Assembly: GCA_036785375.1 (NCBI GenBank)
Contig: JAWMAR010000030.1
Coordinates: 7,688,001 to 7,752,000 of the forward strand
Reading direction: 5' to 3'
From: Leucoraja ocellata
Lineage: Eukaryota
Length of the DNA stretch: 64,000 nt
In this document: piece after piece, positions 52,821-64,000 of the stretch
Layout of the letters: every line of letters starts with the position of its first letter
Numbering within the stretch: the stretch's first letter is position 1
The notes under the pieces: model-generated
The model's database searches: none
Told to the model about the DNA's origin: nothing
The model's input: the letters and a program-made list of their open reading frames with translations, nothing else
Made by a program: the position numbers and the translations under genes

Positions 52821-53489
52821 TCCCCTGGCAGCGTATCTGTCCAAATGCCTCTTAAATGTTATACTTCTACTGCTTCCCCTGGCAGCTTATACCAGGTGGA
52901 TAATATGGACAAGAAAATGGCCCCTCAGGCCTGGTTCACCATTCAAAAAGTCTGGTCCAAATTTGGACGCAGATCCACTCTTTTCCCTATTGACCGCAAC
53001 TCTCAACTCCCTAGTCTGAAAATCTGTTGTTCTTGGCCTTCAAAGCCCCTTTTGGAATTCACCTTCTTTGAATAGCCTCCAATGCAAGGATATTAAGCAA
53101 GGAAGCCAGAAATGCACGCAATTGAACTGTTTTGGTCTCTGATCCAAGTGCTGAACCGGTAATAATGACCATAAATTAAAATGGCATTGTGGAAGGCAGT
53201 AGCAGAGCTAATACATAGTTCTCTTGTCTGATATTTTACTCAAGCAGGACCATTCAGTTGGCTTGGTGCCAGTTACGCTGTGCTGGTGGGTTCCTTGCTG
53301 TTCTAAATATTCACTGTTCATATTTTACCAAGGTGAGATAATAATTCAAGAGGGCCTGCAGTTTTTATGTTGGGTTTCGTGCCATATATGAAGATAGTTG
53401 GAATTTGGAAGATTGCTTAAGAAAATAAAAAAAGTTACATTTTTGGACACAGGTTCCATTCAGGTTTCGCTGAAGGCAAACACCCAATA

Positions 53490-53662
53490 AGAGGGTGAAG
53501 GCCCGGATAGAGTGGACGTGGAGAGGATGTTTTCACTAGTGGGAAAGTCTAGGACCAGAGGTCATAGCCTCAGAATAAAAAGATGTTCATTTAGGAAGAT
53601 GAGGTGGGATCTCTTTAGTCAGAGGGTGGTGAATCTTTGGAATTCATTGCCTCAGAAGGCAT
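53490..53662 (+). mobile_element. CR1 fragment
   Basis: gatagagtggacgtggagaggatgttt...cagagggtggtgaatctttggaattc. Confidence 0.7.
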
Positions 53663-54910
53663 TTCCACGGAATTCTGCCACTATCACTTGAAGAGTCTTG
53701 AGGCAAATTACACAAGGCCATTATTTTGCCTCTCTGATATCTGTTAGTCACGATATACTCCGGTCATTTTAGGGAGAGTGGAGGTCAAACAGCTGAAGAG
53801 ACGAGAGGTGAAAGAGCTCAGTAACGATTAGTGGCTTTCCATCAAATCCAGATCAACAGTTGAAGTTTTCCCTGTACAAGATCCGCATAAAATAGTGCGC
53901 CACTTCACATCCAACCTTCTCCGGCCTCTAGAAAACAAATACCATTTACCTGGCAAAAAAAAGGCAGGGTAAGATGAGGACAATTTCTATTTTTACTCAG
54001 TGAGTTACTATCAACTGGAATTTAGCCTCTGACGGAGATACAGATTCAGTTCACTTTCAAATCATTCACCAGTCATGATCTCTTTGAATGGCGAAACAGC
54101 CTCGAAGTGACGAAAGTCTTCTCCTGGTTCTCTGTTCGCCCTTTTATTAGCATCTCAATTTAACACCTTCTGTGATAATAGTTTATTACAATAAAGTGCC
54201 ATCGTATCATATCGTATTATATCAGTTATTCTAAGATTTCCAAAGTGGATTTCTGCTAATGTAAAGGCAGAATTATTATTCAAGCGTTGACTCATTAAAG
54301 TCACACCACACGTTCATATTTATTTGTGCACAATAACCTCTTAGCCTGATGAAACTGTTTCCCTTGACTTGAGGAGTTCTCGGCATAGCTTATCAAACTC
54401 TGGAGTCAGCTTGTTCAGTGCCTCCATCCTGTCATTATTTCTCATTCAATTTAGTGCTGTTGCTGACAGTGTTGGGATGGTGCTGCAGTGTCTTGGGATA
54501 CTGCAAGACAAATGTCAGAAACTCAGGAAATGTCGACCTCTTACAATTGAGAATCTCGGGAATATCTCCACTTCGAAGGAATTGATGCTCTCAATAATTG
54601 AGTATGTTCAAGAATGAGATTGGTGGTTTTGTGGGCCCAGTGACATGTGCCACCTATGAATAGTTTCATCAGTTCCACAGTAGGTGCCAGTAAGACTAAA
54701 GAATTGCAGATCAGATTCTTAGTCAATGACAATTTCCTTTATGGCACATGTGGTAAATTCTCATTCCAAAATTGGCTTGGTTGGACATCGGTGGAAATGC
54801 AGCAAGATTTGAAAGTTCCACATATCAGGGAAGGGGTAAATTTACCAGGTGTGAAGGTGGAGCTGTGGTAATAGACCTTGTCGATGTCGGATGCGGGAGA
54901 TGGAGGCAGT

Positions 54911-54927
54911 GGGGGGGGGGGGGGGGG
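54911..54927. repeat. poly-G tract
   Basis: Homopolymer run. Confidence 0.9.
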
Positions 54928-55871
54928 AGGAGGGTGAAGGGGAGCGACCTTTGCTCCTATTGTGCAATACAATTACTTAATTTAATTCCAATGCATCATA
55001 TAATCTGTTATTTGGGTGGAATGCAATGAGCTTCTTATTAAAATGTTTCAATTAATACCTTAACCAATATTATGGAAAATCTCACACGTATTGCATTAAG
55101 ATTTTGTATTGATTATGTATTATTATGTATTATTAATTGTTATTATTAATAATGACTGATAAATTTTGGGCTGATGTTAAAAAAAATCCAATTACTACAA
55201 TCAGGAAATATTCCAAATACATACTTTAGCAGTTTGAAATCTTTGTATTTAACTATGAATCTAATTCTGATTAACATTTTTATTGCAAAAGCTTTCTTGA
55301 TCTTAATAAAATGTACAAAGAGGCCACAAGCATTATCAAAATGTCAACATTATTTTTGAAATACATAGTCCATTCAATTTATTGTAACTGACTCAGTTCT
55401 GACAGAAGAAATATATTAAACGTGTACTAAAAATAAATGTCCTGTCAATAACAGTATGCTGGAATAAATTGGCCAGATTTTTGCAAACTGTCAACAAAGG
55501 CAAACAAAAGGAAATAGCCACAAGATGAAATAATTCCTGCGATCCGTGTTGACATACAATGCGCTTTGGAGGCTACTGGAAAGCACGTCTGACATACCCT
55601 GTTCCATATTTGCCAAAACAACAAACATTTTACAGTTGTTATCACATTACATTTTGTTTAATGTGTAGCCCAATGTGAGATTGATCTTTCTTGTTCAGTT
55701 CAAGGTTTGCTTCTGCTTCTTTCCCTAATTTAGGACATACGGATAAGGTTATTGTTGGGATAAACCAGACACACACCATTGTCCAGAATTTATCTCAGTC
55801 CAATATGACCTGAAGAGCAGATGTAAAGACACACATGGAAAATCACCAGCTGTTGGCTCATTTGCACTACT

Positions 55872-56360
55872 CATAGAGTCCTAGAGCATGGAAACAGGCC
55901 GTTCAGCCCGACTCATCCATGCCAGCCAAGATACCCCAACTAAGCTGGTCCTAGTTTCCTGCATTTGCCTCTTATCCCTCTAAACATTTCCTTTCCATGT
56001 ACCTGCCCAAATGTATTTTAAATGCTGTTATTGTGCCTGCCTCAACTACTTTCTCTGGCAGCTTGTTCCATATACCCATCACCCTCTATGGGAAAAAGTT
56101 GCCCCTCAGGCTCCTGTTAAATATTTGCCCCCTCCCCTAGGCCCTTTTGTTCTTGATTTCCCTACACTGAGAAAATAAAAGTCTGCGTATTCACATCTTA
56201 TATTCCTCTCATGATTTTATACATCTCTATAAGATCACCTCTCAGCTTTCTGCACTCCAAGGAATGATCCTAGCCTGCCCACCTTCTTCCTATAGCTCAG
56301 GCCCTCATGTCCCGACAACATCCTCATAAATCTTTTCTACACACATTCCAGCTTAATGGT
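55872..56360 (-). mobile_element. CR1 3' fragment
   Basis: Colinear with 32551-33030. Confidence 0.8.
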
Positions 56361-57010
56361 AAGTTTTCAACGCCAATTCAAATCCATGTTAGGCTTCCAG
56401 TAGTTTCATGCACTCTCTCTTTGTCTTGCTTTGGATGTAATGATTTGGACCCATGCCAATGGGCTCATTACTTGCAGCAACAGAGGAAAGATGCATAGCT
56501 ACAGAGCATGACACTTACACATCAAGTTCAGAGGAGCAAGTCTTTCATCTCCAACTCGAAAATATTTATTTTATGAACACTTGAAATTAAGTTTTGCTTC
56601 TTGAATGTGCAATTTTGTCTGATACTACAATGTGCGTAAACTAAAGATTTGGATGTAACACCAAGAGGGAATGGCTTATCATCAAGGGCCCTGCACTCGT
56701 GTTGACAGGAGTTATACGGCTGTATTTTAGTTTGAGACTCTGGCACTCCAGGACATGAACATATGGCCAAGTTGCAAAGAAAATCACTGAACGGTAGATT
56801 CCAAGGTCATTATTAGAGCATTACCCCGTCAAGGTAAATAACGCTCAACAAATTTCTTGCTGTTGCTGGAGGAGTATGGAATTACCCATGTGGAAGTTAA
56901 TAGAAAATGACACTCTCCAATCCTGCCCTCATCCTCAGCAGGTTTTACTTCCCCTTCACTGTGCTCTGTGTTTATCCCGAGACTACAAAGCAGAAAACAC
57001 ATTAGCCACA

Positions 57011-57733
57011 AGGTCATAAGGTCATAAGTGGTAGGCATAGTATTAGGCCATTCAGCCCATCAAGTCTACTCCACCATTCAATCATGGCTGATCTATAACT
57101 CCCTCCTGACCCCATTCTCTTGCCTTCTCCCTATACATAGAAACATAGAAAATAGGTGCAGGAGTAGGCCATTTGGCCCTTCGAGCCTGCACCGCCATTC
57201 GATATGATCATGGCTGATCATCCAACTCAGTATCCCATCCCTGCCTTCTCTTCATACCCCCTGATCCCTTTAGCCACAAGGGCCACATCTAACTCCCTCT
57301 TAAATATAGCCAATGAACTGGCCTCAACTACCTTCTGTGGCAGAGAATTCCACAGATTCACCACTCTGTGTAAAAAATGATTTTCTCATCTCGGTCCTAA
57401 AAGACTTCCCTCTTATCCTTAAACTGTGACCCCTAGTTCTGGACTTCCACAACATTGGGAATAATCTTCCTGCATATAACCCCTGACACACGTACTATTC
57501 AAGAATCTATCTATATCTGCCTTAAAAAAAAATACAATTGACTTGGACCACATCCATCTGTGGTAAAGAATGCCACAGATTCACCACCCTCGAACTAAAT
57601 AAAGTATTATTACCCTCCTCATCTCCTTGCTAAAGGAACGTCCTTTAATTCTGAGGCTGAGACCTCTGGCCCTAGACTCTCCCACTAGTGGAAACATCCT
57701 CTCCACATCCACTGTATCCAAGCCTTTCACTAT
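57011..57733 (-). mobile_element. Nested CR1 3' ends (inner copy ~57136-57474)
   Basis: Outer (ggtcataa)n tail, inner (catagaaa)n tail; outer resumes at ataacccctgacac. Confidence 0.8.
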
Positions 57734-58215
57734 TTGTGTGATGCAAAAATTAAGGATAAATGTAGTCTGAATTTACAAAGCTTCGTAATTCTGCAATGGG
57801 AACCGCATAGATCAAAAGGTCACTATTTATTAACTATTTTCTCAGAGTATAAATGCATACTGCAGTATGTGAGAGCACAGGCTGCCTATTTAGTCTTATC
57901 CTCATATCAGCATAGTTTAATACAAATGACCTAATAATTCCAGATTTAAGTTTATCATTGTCACATGTAGAAGCGTTGAGTGCGAATTAGTGAGAAGCAT
58001 TGATTTGAATTTGCTAATACTAATTTCAACTTTGTCGTGAAGCTTGCCATTTAATGCTAATTATTGAACAAATTACAATTTTATATTCATTCCTTTCAGA
58101 ATGCAGGGATTGCAGGCAATGTCAGTATTTATTGCCCATTTTTACTCGCCATCTGTAGATGGCACCTGTCTGTGGCGACATTTTGCAAGCAGCACAGCAG
58201 AAAATAATCAAACAT

Positions 58216-58252
58216 AGCTTACCTGTAGAAAAGAAACAGCACAAATCAGTGG
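58216..58252 (-). other. Candidate recursive splice site (3'ss immediately followed by 5'ss)
   Basis: Gene-sense ctgatttgtgctgtttcttttctaCAG|GTAAGC. Confidence 0.35.
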
Positions 58253-58390
58253 ATATACACACTGAACTTTTTTTTCTCATTTATTATATTGTTTACAGTG
58301 TACTATTACTTATTCTGTTGCGTTGCTGCAAGTAAGAATTTTATTGTTCTATCTGGGATATATGACAAAAAAAAACTCTTGACTCTTGAG
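58250..58390 (+). mobile_element. Rex1/Babar-like LINE 3' end
   Basis: gctgcaagtaagaattt...tgacaa...actcttgactcttga. Confidence 0.65.
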
Positions 58391-58424
58391 ATGTTGCTGA
58401 ATTGTCTTCTCCTTCCTCAAAGTG

Positions 58425-59504
58425 CAGGGCTCGAAATTAACAGTTGCCCGGGTGCCAATGGCCATCTAAAGTCCCGCCGGGCAACCTAAAAGCCGTGCCA
58501 TTTTCCCCGGCTTGACAAGCACCCGGGACACCTGGGTGCTTGTCACCACTTAAATCTGAGTTCAACTCTGAGTGAGCCCCCCTCTCTATCTCTCTCTCTG
58601 TCACTCTCCGTCTCCATCTGCCATCCGTGTCCAGGTCGCTAGGTCACCGCTCTCCGGCCGCTCCTCATCCACCGGCACATGCATTGCACATGCGCACTGC
58701 CACGGCCTGCACATCATCGGCCGCCCTGCACATGTGCACTGCCACGGCAACTGGTCGGCGCTGGGCACTTTCTCCCTCCCTTTGCATTGTGGGAGATCTG
58801 GCGGCCATTGCTGTCCAGTCACCGCCTCGCTGCGACCGCTAAAATCCAATGCAAAATCACTCCCTGGAGCTGGTGTAACTCTTGCTTCTTGGTTTCCTGG
58901 TTCTCCAAAAATATTCCAAATGGAATTTAAACTGGAAGTGCTAGAGGGTCCACCACCAAACTCCAAATACTGAACAATAACGGCCTATTGCACTTTATCT
59001 GTTTATTTATTGTGTATATATATGGTCTATGATATATAGACACACTGAACTGTTATCTCGTATTCTGTTGTGCTGCAGCAAGCAAGAATTTCATTGTCCT
59101 ATCTGGGACACATGACAATAAAACTCTCTTGACTCTGGTCTTGGACAACCATATATTTGTTTGGAAGTGGAAAGATATAATAAAAATTGCATTCATTGCA
59201 ACGTGTAAAAAGAGTTGAGATACTGTATAATAATTTTGCTGCATGTCATTGTGGTATGTATCATGTCTTGATTGGTGAATATGTTTAGTTTGTGACTTTA
59301 TTTGAAGCAGAAATAATATGTGAATGCTTCATTGAGCATAATTCCGACTGGTAACTACGCACTTCATCCGAGCACATTATTGCACGCGTCATGCAAGCCG
59401 TCTTAATTGACCACCTAAACTGTTAGGTGGTCATTTAAGACCACCTAACAGCTGCCTAGGTTGCCCAGCTGGAAACAGAGAATAATAGTTACGTGAGAGC
59501 CCTG
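58425..59504. mobile_element. Non-autonomous DNA transposon (hAT-like ends) containing a Rex1-like 3' fragment at 58981-59142
   Basis: Termini cagggctc...gagccctg, subterminal gttgccc/gggcaacc/ccaccta motifs at both ends; no clean 8-bp TSD. Confidence 0.55.
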
Positions 59505-60800
59505 AAGTACAAAAGGTTACTGTGAGTTACCGCCAGCAAACTGTAACCACCATCTGCATGGTCATTCCAACACTGTTGGAGAGACGCACGCACAAGCAAT
59601 CCACACCAAAGGTTGTATCATCCGAGCAGTGACTGATCACTTCTGCACACGGTGACTTTGCAGCATGGTCATGTGCACTTAAAACTAAACAGGCCTTTTG
59701 AATGGATCCACAAGAGGCTTCAATGCTGGGGCACCAACTCCCCTGTCATCATGCGACTGCTAAAAGACATGTTGCAGTAATTTACCTTTGCGGAGGAATG
59801 ACAGTTGTGAGTTCACAGACCCCCTTTTTCCAGTGTGTGGTAACACATTTCGACTGGTCACAAGAGAGTGAAGCAAGGAAGCCAGGGTGGGCAGCAGGAA
59901 TAAATCAATTCACTCTGGTGTTTGTGCAAGAGGTTTTTCCCTCGCGTGAAACCAAGATATGGATTTTAACCACACGGAATCGATCCCATGAGTTCATTTC
60001 TTGAATTGAACGAGACTGCTTGGATTAGACTACTCCTGGATGCAGGTGAGCATTATCGAAAGTGAATGAAAACAGCAAGGCTAACTAAGTACAACATTGA
60101 TCGAAAATACTATCAAAATCCAAAGACTTAAAATCCTTTCCCACTGCCCCTTTTGAAACCCATCTCCAAGCCAAAATGTCCAACCTACTAATAACACTGG
60201 GCTATAATATTAGTCCACCATAGCTGCACTTTATGAGAATGCTCTCAAATATTTCCTATGTCCTTACAGGGGTGAAGGAGGCAATTTGGCCGGTCAACTC
60301 TATGCTGGCTCTCAAAGCAATCTTGTCAATTCCGTGCCCACTTATTTTCCCATAATCTGCTTTCTCACACAATACTCATCAACACCACACCACTCACCTC
60401 AATTTTCTTACCACCCATTAACACGAGAGACAATTTACAGTTGTCAATAATTCTACTAACCATCATGTCCTCATGATTTAGGATAGAATGGAGCTTCCAA
60501 AGAAACATTGGCATATTCACAAGGAGAATACACAAATCATACCAGGTTCCACCTGGGTCTCTGTAACAGTGGGTCAACAATGCTCACACATCACTGAGCC
60601 ACTGCAAAGGATTTCCTCATTTCAATGTTGCATCTCTCCGCTCCCCAAAGAGACCCGAAATTTCAGACTGTTTGGAGATCACTGAAATAAATGCTCAGAA
60701 AATGTCAGCAGTGAGGTGAGCTAGCGTGGCTCTATCAATTACAGCCAGAGTTCTAATTTTCACATGTCATCACTGGCTGAGCAAACAGCTGTTAGCAAAC

Positions 60801-61022
60801 GAAGGTAGACACAAAATGCTGGAGTAACTCAGCGGGACAGGCAGCATCTCTGGGGAGAAGGAATGGGTGATGTTTCGGGTCGAGACCCTTCTTCAGACTG
60901 AAGGGACTCGACCCGAAATGTCACCCATTCCTTCTTTCCAGAGATGCTGCCTGTCTCGCTGAGCTACTCTAGCATTTTGTGTCTACCTTCGATTTAAATC
61001 AGCATCCGCAGTTCTTTCCTAC
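60801..61022. mobile_element. Penelope-derived fold-back element
   Basis: ~95-bp inverted arms; 16-bp TSD acagctgttagcaaac at 60785-60800 and 61023-61038. Confidence 0.85.
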
Positions 61023-61197
61023 ACAGCTGTTAGCAAACAACAGACAAATCTAAACGTGGCAGACAGGAGCAAGAGGGGGTGGGATCTGCCAAGAGTAGTT
61101 AATCGGTGCAATAGTTCGAAGGACGTAGCCTGCAACTAACACTGCTGATGCTTCTTCAGGATCTTTCCCCAAATTACAACACAGCATCATTAGAGGG

Positions 61198-61335
61198 ATA
61201 CACAAAAATGCTGGAGAAACTCAGCGGGTGCAGCAGCCGAATTTCCTTCGCTCCATAGATGCTGCTGCACCCGCTGAGTTTCTCCAGCATTTTTGTGTAC
61301 CTTCAATTTTCCAGCATCTGCAGTTCCTTCTTAAA
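61198..61335. mobile_element. Young-subfamily Penelope-derived fold-back element, centre deleted
   Basis: Same subfamily as 42379; 13-bp TSD catcattagaggg at 61185-61197 and 61336-61348. Confidence 0.85.
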
Positions 61336-61357
61336 CATCATTAGAGGGGTAATGGAT

Positions 61358-61638
61358 TTCAGTTCAGTTTAGTTTATTGTCACGTGTACCGAGGTACGGC
61401 GAAAAGCTTTTGTTGTGTGCTGTCGGGTCAGCAGATGAAACATGATTACAATCGAGCCATTTACAGCGTATAGATACATGAAAAGGGAATAACGTTTAGT
61501 GCAAGGTAAAGCCAGCAAAGTCTGATCCAGGATAGTCCAAAGGATCACCGAAGAGGTAGATAGTAATTCAGCACTGCTCTCTGGTTGTGGTAGGATGATT
61601 CAGTTGCCTGGGGAAAAAAAAACTGTCCTGGAATCTGG
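61358..61638 (-). mobile_element. Rex1-related LINE 3' end
   Basis: ttcagttcagtttagtttattgtcacgtgtaccgaggtac...; ends with aaactgtcctggaatctgg. Confidence 0.6.
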
Positions 61639-62119
61639 GCAGTATTTAGGGCAAGAATACAAATCACCTATAGTCCGAGTTAGCAAGAGGCCTTTTAATT
61701 AGTTATGTATTTCATAAATTTCATATTTTGTATGTATTTCATAAATGGGGTGATGCATTTTCCTAGATAACCTCTCCCTTGGTAAGTGTGTGGACCGAAT
61801 TAATAATGTTAAATGAGTAGGATTAATGCGAGTGGTCCAAGAGCTGACACGAACTGGATGGGCCAAATGGCCTTCTGTGCAATAATGCAGTATAGGAACT
61901 ATGGAATGAATTTCATTAAATGCAGACACGTATTCTAGACCAATGATTACCAGCATTTTGAAACATGTTTCCAGTTCATTCTCTAGTCTTTAGCAATAAA
62001 TTTTCTTTTAATTTTGAGCATTTTTTGTTTAATCCAACAACATGTGTTTCTGTGAGTAAAACAATAACAAGTTTCTGTAACTCCAGTGCTTAGTGAAGAA
62101 CAGGATCTATTCTGTCAGC

Positions 62120-62310
62120 TAAAAAATAAAGTGCTGGAAGAGCCCAGTGGGTCAGACAACATCTGTGGAGAAAAATCGCCAGACAACATTTTGGGTCAGG
62201 ACCTTCCTTCAGACGAACCAAGACGTTGTTTGTCCATTTCCCTCCGCAGCTCCGCCTGACCTGCTGACTTTTTCCAGATTGTTTTTTACTAAAGATTCCA
62301 GCATCTGCGG
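62120..62310. mobile_element. Older Penelope-derived fold-back element
   Basis: Diverged inverted arms, gattccagcatctgc end. Confidence 0.6.
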
Positions 62311-64000
62311 TCCACACTCTGCCAACTATCAGTCTGGCTTTCTGGTGCAGTTCTGGGAGGCTGCACAGTTGGAACTGGTGTCTTTTGGATGCAAAGTCAA
62401 ACTCGGGTCCCATCTCTCCACTAAGGCGAATAGCAAAGATTCCATGGAATTATTTTAACGAAGAGCAGGAGTTTTCCTCTGCCCATTATCCATTAACCAA
62501 CACAACTATTAAAAAAATCATCTGTTACCAATAGCAACTGACTGAGAGCCTCAGATTCCATCTGCAAGGTAGGTGATATCCAGTTATCCTGACTTCTCAC
62601 TTAGACAAGAGTTTCCTGAGTCCCCTTCTGAGAGACTTAAAGCTCCGTTAAACACTTGTCATTCGTGAAGGGTGCAGTGAAATCATCAACTCCTGCAAAA
62701 GTGGAATTGGAGAACAAGCTCAGATAATAAATATTACAGATCTTGATTTCAGTCCAAGCAATTTCACTGAACTAACACTGGATCTGGAAAACATTTAGCC
62801 AAGAAGATTCCCCTTGTGCTTTAAGTAGTTTTAGAAAAACACTCTTGTTTTGAAGTAAACCTTGTCGCTGTGAATCAGTCACCGAGCTGAATGTACATAC
62901 ACAAAGGATGAAAGGTGAGTAACAGTCAACACATGTTATTTGCCCCTTGTAGCCAACAAGGAAGAACAACACCAACAAAATCTCCAAACTGCATGGGAAT
63001 AACCTCAATAATCAACTTGTTGTAATATTGTTTAAGGAATAAACAGTTGTATTCATTGCCCTACTCACAAGCATGGCGAGGCTACAGGTACTATAAAAAA
63101 CCTCACTTGCACCAGCATTGCACCAGAACAAAATTTATTTCGAACCAGGTCTGTTTGAATGACAATAAATTACATTCTATTCTATTCATTGCTGACGCTC
63201 AAAGTCAAATTTTCTCAATTTTTTTATCTCCAAATTTCTTAGGTGAATCTTGAACCTGGAACCTTTTGTCTCCCTGTTAGATGACAAGAAGCTATCCACT
63301 GAACCACTGACTGCAAGTCTCAAGCAATGCAATAATCGCCCCAAACCTCCTCACCAAGCAGCTCCTCTTTAAAACCTACCCCTTTGGTTTTGTCTTGTTC
63401 TAATATTTCATGCTTCCTGACATTACCTCAGGATTAACCACCAAATCGCTGTAGCCTCTGAAGTGTCTTGGAATCCTTAGAGGTCACAGTAGGTGGTCCA
63501 CGCATGTGCATTCTTTCTTTGTTTGGCTTGGGATTATTCTTGGCTTCTGTAAACCTTTGGGACATTTTAATATATTTGAACACACAATATAAATGCTAGT
63601 TATACGATGGAGAGGTGTGAATATTGCACAATATTAGATATCGTGTACTGCAATGAATCCCGGCTCTCTTGAACGAAAGCCACAGTTGTTCACACTTGAT
63701 GAAATACATGAACCCCTCCCCTTACTGCAAATGCCTCAACATTTCAAGGGATGCTCAGTTCATGGAGTTGGGGCAGCCAATTTTTTCCCAGTGACCAACA
63801 ATTCTGCAGCTGAGGCAGATGGAAGTCAGCATGACTTAATTAATAATTAGTCTTTTATTAACCTTTCAACTGAATTACCTAAATATTATCAAACTGTCAG
63901 GTGATATCCGACTCCTTTTCAACTAATATCCATTAAAAGCCAAGACTTTCTCAAAAATCTTGACTAACTTCCTCCCAATCCACATCTTCATTCTTTCAGT

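Noticed and set aside
58572-58973. Overlapping 120-130 aa ORFs on both strands
   Set aside because: By-product of the GC-rich, internally duplicated transposon interior; no domain similarity recognised.

Overview
Vertebrate, repeat-rich intronic DNA, most likely from a cartilaginous fish (skate/ray-like), inferred from HE1/V-SINE-like, SacSINE/DeuSINE-like, CR1, Rex1 and Penelope repeats. The window lies inside a large minus-strand transmembrane (MACIT) collagen gene, best matching col13a1. Six tiny GT-AG exons (45, 8, 27, 36, 27, 51 bp; 24850 down to 6818) splice in frame to (G)[64 protein letters not shown]. No upstream exon was found, so 24851-64000 appears to be one long intron. Most ORF-track entries are spurious or TE-derived. 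Highlights: an 8-bp microexon; a 45-bp basic exon like those of COL23A1/COL25A1; many short Penelope-derived fold-back insertions with hammerhead-ribozyme cores and long TSDs (one a perfect 99-bp-arm palindrome); a 33-bp locally templated inverted copy bracketing the microexon; and a candidate recursive splice site. Repeat boundaries are approximate, read by eye.
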